The notes under the pieces were generated by a model. The model ran no database searches. It worked only from the letters and a program-made list of their open reading frames with translations, and was not told where the DNA came from. DNA of 64,000 bases, taken from assembly GCA_041649675.1 (NCBI GenBank), contig JBAZMQ010000006.1, positions 7,003 through 71,002 on the forward strand, given 5' to 3'. The DNA is from Patescibacteria group bacterium. Its GTDB lineage: Bacteria > Patescibacteriota > Patescibacteriia > Buchananbacterales > UBA6539. The first letter of the stretch is position 1. Each line of letters opens with the position of its first letter. A program made the translations under genes and the position numbers. Shown piece by piece: positions 60,334-64,000 of the stretch.

Positions 60334-61287
60334 TTATTTTTTTCTTTTCTTATTGCGGCTGACTCTGATTAAACCAGAGCAAGGGATAATTTGAATTCCC
60401 TTCTTTTCCAATTCATCCAAAAAATGATTAACACCGAGAGAATCTGAAGAAATATGGCCGGCAATTACGACATTAATATGATACTTGGCTGCTTCTTTTT
60501 TACGTTCTTCATCCATATGCATACCAATAATCGTACCAATTCCCGCTTGCGACATCTTTTCGTAAATACCCACCGCCCCTTCGGTACCACCGGTAATTTC
60601 GGTCACTACAATTTTGCCGGCGGAATTGTCCGGGGAGCCAACAAAAATTTTGGGACCGGTTTTTCTTTTTATGGCTTCTTGATATTCAGGTACTTTCTTT
60701 AAAACCGCAACCACTTCACCAACAGTTTCTGGCTTGGCTTTTTTGATTAAATTGTCCAAAAATGTCGCAGCCATATTGTCAGCCGGCGTATGAACGCACA
60801 TTAGACCAATATCCAAAAGTTTAGCCGCATCCACGGTCCGGTAATGATTGGAAGCCGAAACTCCCCTGGCAACTTCCGAAATTCTTTCTTTGGTCAAAGA
60901 CTCAGCTACATTGATTGGCACACCGTACATGGCCAAAAGATCAGCTTGCAAATGCATGACGTTACCCAAATCGGCCAAAGCCGAACCTAAAGGATGATGA
61001 GCAATAACTAAATCAACGCCCATTTGTTTAGCAATTAAAAGTTCAGCCGGTTGGATATCAATTCCGACCATCACCTTTTTAATTTCTTTTTTGGAATCAA
61101 CTAAAACTCGGGTGTCCGAATACGGGTTGGTTAACCGCTCGGTATCAAATTCTTTTTTACTTTCCGTTCCCAATTTGTCATATTTGTCTTTGATTTTTCC
61201 AAGAATTTTTTTTACTTTCGCTTCCCCCCGCAGATCGTTAGCAATACCGAGTTTAATTGCCAACGAATAAATTTGTTGGATGTTCAT
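60334..61287 (-). CDS. NIF3 (NGG1p-interacting factor 3) family protein
   Basis: NPYSD, VGID, IAHHP, HTPADN, GGTEG, AGHISSDSLG. Confidence 0.88.
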   Translation of the reverse strand: MNIQQIYSLAIKLGIANDLRGEAKVKKILGKIKDKYDKLGTESKKEFDTERLTNPYSDTRVLVDSKKEIKKVMVGIDIQPAELLIAKQMGVDLVIAHHPLGSALADLGNVMHLQADLLAMYGVPINVAESLTKERISEVARGVSASNHYRTVDAAKLLDIGLMCVHTPADNMAATFLDNLIKKAKPETVGEVVAVLKKVPEYQEAIKRKTGPKIFVGSPDNSAGKIVVTEITGGTEGAVGIYEKMSQAGIGTIIGMHMDEERKKEAAKYHINVVIAGHISSDSLGVNHFLDELEKKGIQIIPCSGLIRVSRNKKRKK

Positions 61288-61341
61288 AATTTAGGAGTTT
61301 AGAAATTAGTGAGTTAAGCCAGCTTAACAGCCTTTAGGCTG

Positions 61342-61890
61342 TTATTCCTTAATATAATCTATAATTGGATAATTTGCAAAACAATCATCGAGCCAGTCTT
61401 GACCAAATTTTTTCAGATAATCTTTATAACTACAAAACTGATAACCTACTAGCTCGTCTAAATTCTTTATTAAATTATGTTTGATCGGATTTTGGTGAAT
61501 ATAGTTCAAATGGCAATAAAAACTTTTCTCATCACTAACAATCTTATCCCAATATTGATACCAAATTTTACGTCCTTTCCGGTTTTCAATTTTATTTAAT
61601 AAATATGAACTTTTACCATTAACTTGACTTATCAGTTTAGCTAAATCAATCCCATTTTCTGCTTTTAACAGTAGATGATAATGATTATTCAAAACAACCC
61701 AACCGGACAAACTAAATTCAAATTCTCTAATTTTTTCAAAAATAACTTTTAATAATATTTCTTTTTTTAATTCATCACGGAAATAAGCTAACCCACCATA
61801 AGTCCTACTGCTAATAAAATAATAAGCAGGTTCCGGCAAATACAGATGTAATGGCCGATGGATACTTCTGTCTTTTGGAAAATTCAACAT
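61342..61890 (-). mobile_element. REP-associated tyrosine transposase (RAYT, Y1/HUH) flanked by short hairpins
   Basis: YFIS-x-RT, WVVLNNHYHLLL (HUH), WYQYWD, YIHQNPIKH, FCSY; hairpins at 61313-61343 and 61900-61940. Confidence 0.85.
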
Positions 61891-61977
61891 AGCTTTTTTA
61901 TAACACGCTAAAGCGTGTTAGCCAGCTAAAGACTGGCTAAAGGTGGCTATGTTGATTGTATATAGATATTCTAATTC

Positions 61978-64000
61978 CTAACCTTCTAACTTCCTAATTC
62001 CTAGTTTTCCGCCCTGGACTTCAATCATTTTTTCAGCCAAACCCAAAACAATATCATCGGCCAAAGTGGCTTTTTTAAGTTCCAAACCGAATTTGGAAAA
62101 AAATTGATCTAAGCCTTGATGATAAATTACAATCCGATCATTAATTGACAAGCCTGATTCTTTTCGCAATTGATTAATTTGTCTAATTAATTCGCGCAAC
62201 TGGCCTTCCTGTTTTAATTCTTCAGTAAGTTCTATATCTAAACCATCGTTGATATTAAACAAAACTTTTTTGACATTAAGCTCGTCTTCAATTAAGGCCT
62301 GTATCTCCTTGGGTAATTTATTAGCCAAAGAAGTGGTGTAGCTATTTAACGGCTGACGAATTTTAATGCCAGCTTCGGCTCTGGCGGCCAAACCATTTTG
62401 AACAATTTGCAAAGTTAGATCCATTTGCTTAATTAAATCATGATCAATTAATTTCTTGTTTAAATCCGGCCAATCCTCCAGATGAACTGATTCTTTTTTG
62501 CCACCAATTTTTTGATAAATATCTTCAGCGACAAAAGGCATGAATGGCGCAATCAATTTGGAAAATTCCTGCAAAACATAGCCCAAGGTATTAACACCCG
62601 AGGTATCACCGGCCTTAAAACGTTCCCGGGATCGGCGTAAATACCAAGTTGAAAGTTCATTGATAAAGCCACTGATTGGCCGGGCGGCTTTTAAAACATT
62701 ATAATCTTTAAGTTGGGTGGTAATTTCTTCGTTGAGCAAATTTAGCTTGGCTAAAATCCAATGATCCAAAATATTCTTTGGTTTCGGGACAGAAATAGTG
62801 TCATTCTTATACATTAAATAAAAACTTAAAATGTTACCAATCAGCATGACATTTTTTTGCAAAACTTCTTTAACGCCAGTTTCGGAAAAATTCAAACTTT
62901 CAGCCTCAATGACCGGTGAAGTCAACATATAATAACGCAAGGCATCGGCGCCGTAAGTTTCCACTACCAAATCCGGTTCCGGATAATTTTTTAAGCGCTT
63001 GGCCATTTTCTGGCCATCTTGGGCCAAAACTATTCCGTTGACAATCACGTTTTTAAACGCCGGTTTATTAAACAACGCCGTGGCTAAAACCATGAGTGTA
63101 TAAAACCAGCCGCGGGTTTGATCAACACCTTCAGCAATAAATTCAGCTGGAAAATTCTTTTCAAACCACTTTTTATTTTCAAACGGATAATGAACTTGAG
63201 CATAAGGCATGGAACCGGATTCAAACCAACAATCCAAAACATCAGGAATTCGTTTCATCTTCTGGCCGCACTTTTCGCATTTGAATTTTATTTCATCAAT
63301 AATGTGTTTATGTAAATCAACCACTTTTTGGCCGCTTAACTTTTCTAGCTCTTCAATTGAACCAGCAACTTTGATTTCACCACACTCACATTTCCAAACC
63401 GGCAAAGGTGTGCCCCAATAGCGTTGGCGGGAAATTGCCCAATCCGTGGCCCCTTCCAACCATTTACCAAACCGACCCTGCTGCAAATGAGCCGGCGTCC
63501 AATGAACTTTTTTATTGTTGGCAATTAATTTATCTTTAATGGCGGTAACGTCAACAAACCAAGAGTCAGTTGAGTAATTCAAAAGCGGCGTGTCGCAGCG
63601 CCAACAAAACGGATAGCTGTGGGTGAATTCAGCCGCGGCAAATAATAAACCTTTGGTTTCCAAATAAACAACAATTTTTTTGTCCATCAATTGAGGATCG
63701 TCTTTAGATTTAACCAATTGACCCGGCCAATCGGTAACGGCGCTGGTAAATTTACCGGCGGAATCAACATGCAAAATTGTTGGTAATTTTTTTTCCTTAC
63801 CTAAATTCATATCGTCCTGGCCAAAACCAGGGGCAATATGAACTACACCAGTACCATCTTCAGTGGTAACAAAATCAGCGGTTTGAATCGTATAAATATT
63901 TTCCTTGTTTTCTAAATTAGCATTTACAAAGTAATCAAACAACGGTTTGTAGTGCTTACCGATTAAATTTTTGATATCCACAGCGCCAACAATTTTAAAA
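61978..64000 (-). CDS. ileS: Isoleucine--tRNA ligase (type 2), 5'-truncated by the window
   Basis: GTGVVHIAPGFG, DWAISRQRYWGTPLPVW, DCWFESGSMP, EGVDQTRGWFY, KMAKR, WYLRRSR. Confidence 0.95.
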   Translation of the reverse strand, partial: FKIVGAVDIKNLIGKHYKPLFDYFVNANLENKENIYTIQTADFVTTEDGTGVVHIAPGFGQDDMNLGKEKKLPTILHVDSAGKFTSAVTDWPGQLVKSKDDPQLMDKKIVVYLETKGLLFAAAEFTHSYPFCWRCDTPLLNYSTDSWFVDVTAIKDKLIANNKKVHWTPAHLQQGRFGKWLEGATDWAISRQRYWGTPLPVWKCECGEIKVAGSIEELEKLSGQKVVDLHKHIIDEIKFKCEKCGQKMKRIPDVLDCWFESGSMPYAQVHYPFENKKWFEKNFPAEFIAEGVDQTRGWFYTLMVLATALFNKPAFKNVIVNGIVLAQDGQKMAKRLKNYPEPDLVVETYGADALRYYMLTSPVIEAESLNFSETGVKEVLQKNVMLIGNILSFYLMYKNDTISVPKPKNILDHWILAKLNLLNEEITTQLKDYNVLKAARPISGFINELSTWYLRRSRERFKAGDTSGVNTLGYVLQEFSKLIAPFMPFVAEDIYQKIGGKKESVHLEDWPDLNKKLIDHDLIKQMDLTLQIVQNGLAARAEAGIKIRQPLNSYTTSLANKLPKEIQALIEDELNVKKVLFNINDGLDIELTEELKQEGQLRELIRQINQLRKESGLSINDRIVIYHQGLDQFFSKFGLELKKATLADDIVLGLAEKMIEVQGGKLGIRKLEG

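Overview
This window comes from an AT-rich bacterial chromosome using the standard genetic code. Gene content and style point to Patescibacteria/CPR, probably Parcubacteria-like; this is inferred from core genes lacking Shine-Dalgarno sites, TrmB-type regulators, Elp3, Trm11 and a type-2 IleRS. The core backbone includes trpS, gdhA, murI, manB, glyA, folD, ychF, rpsF-ssb-rpsR-efp, recA, ftsK, rpoB/rpoC, murE, ruvA and a partial ileS. GC-richer accessory genes with Shine-Dalgarno sites interrupt it. Highlights: (1) a compact Trp T-box riboswitch upstream of an ORFan, trpB2 and trpS; (2) a divergent elp3 / Trm9-ALKBH8-like methyltransferase pair, a candidate bacterial mcm5U34 pathway; (3) a divergent late purine pathway (purB-purH, purE-purC) whose two operons share a duplicated promoter plus leader hairpin, a candidate new attenuator; (4) a TrmB-regulator island with two tandem radical SAM twitch/SPASM enzymes bracketed by a repeated double hairpin, plus a 38-bp duplication of a trmB 3' end; (5) a frameshifted surface protein with a Hydrogenedentes-like domain; (6) a recurrent TACAATCAACATAG motif ahead of a four-helix-bundle gene, a DUF559 gene and a RAYT; (7) several palindromic mini-element families, some inserted in frame in genes; (8) an unassigned structured ncRNA candidate. 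No rRNA, tRNA or CRISPR array was seen. All calls are by eye, without database searches.
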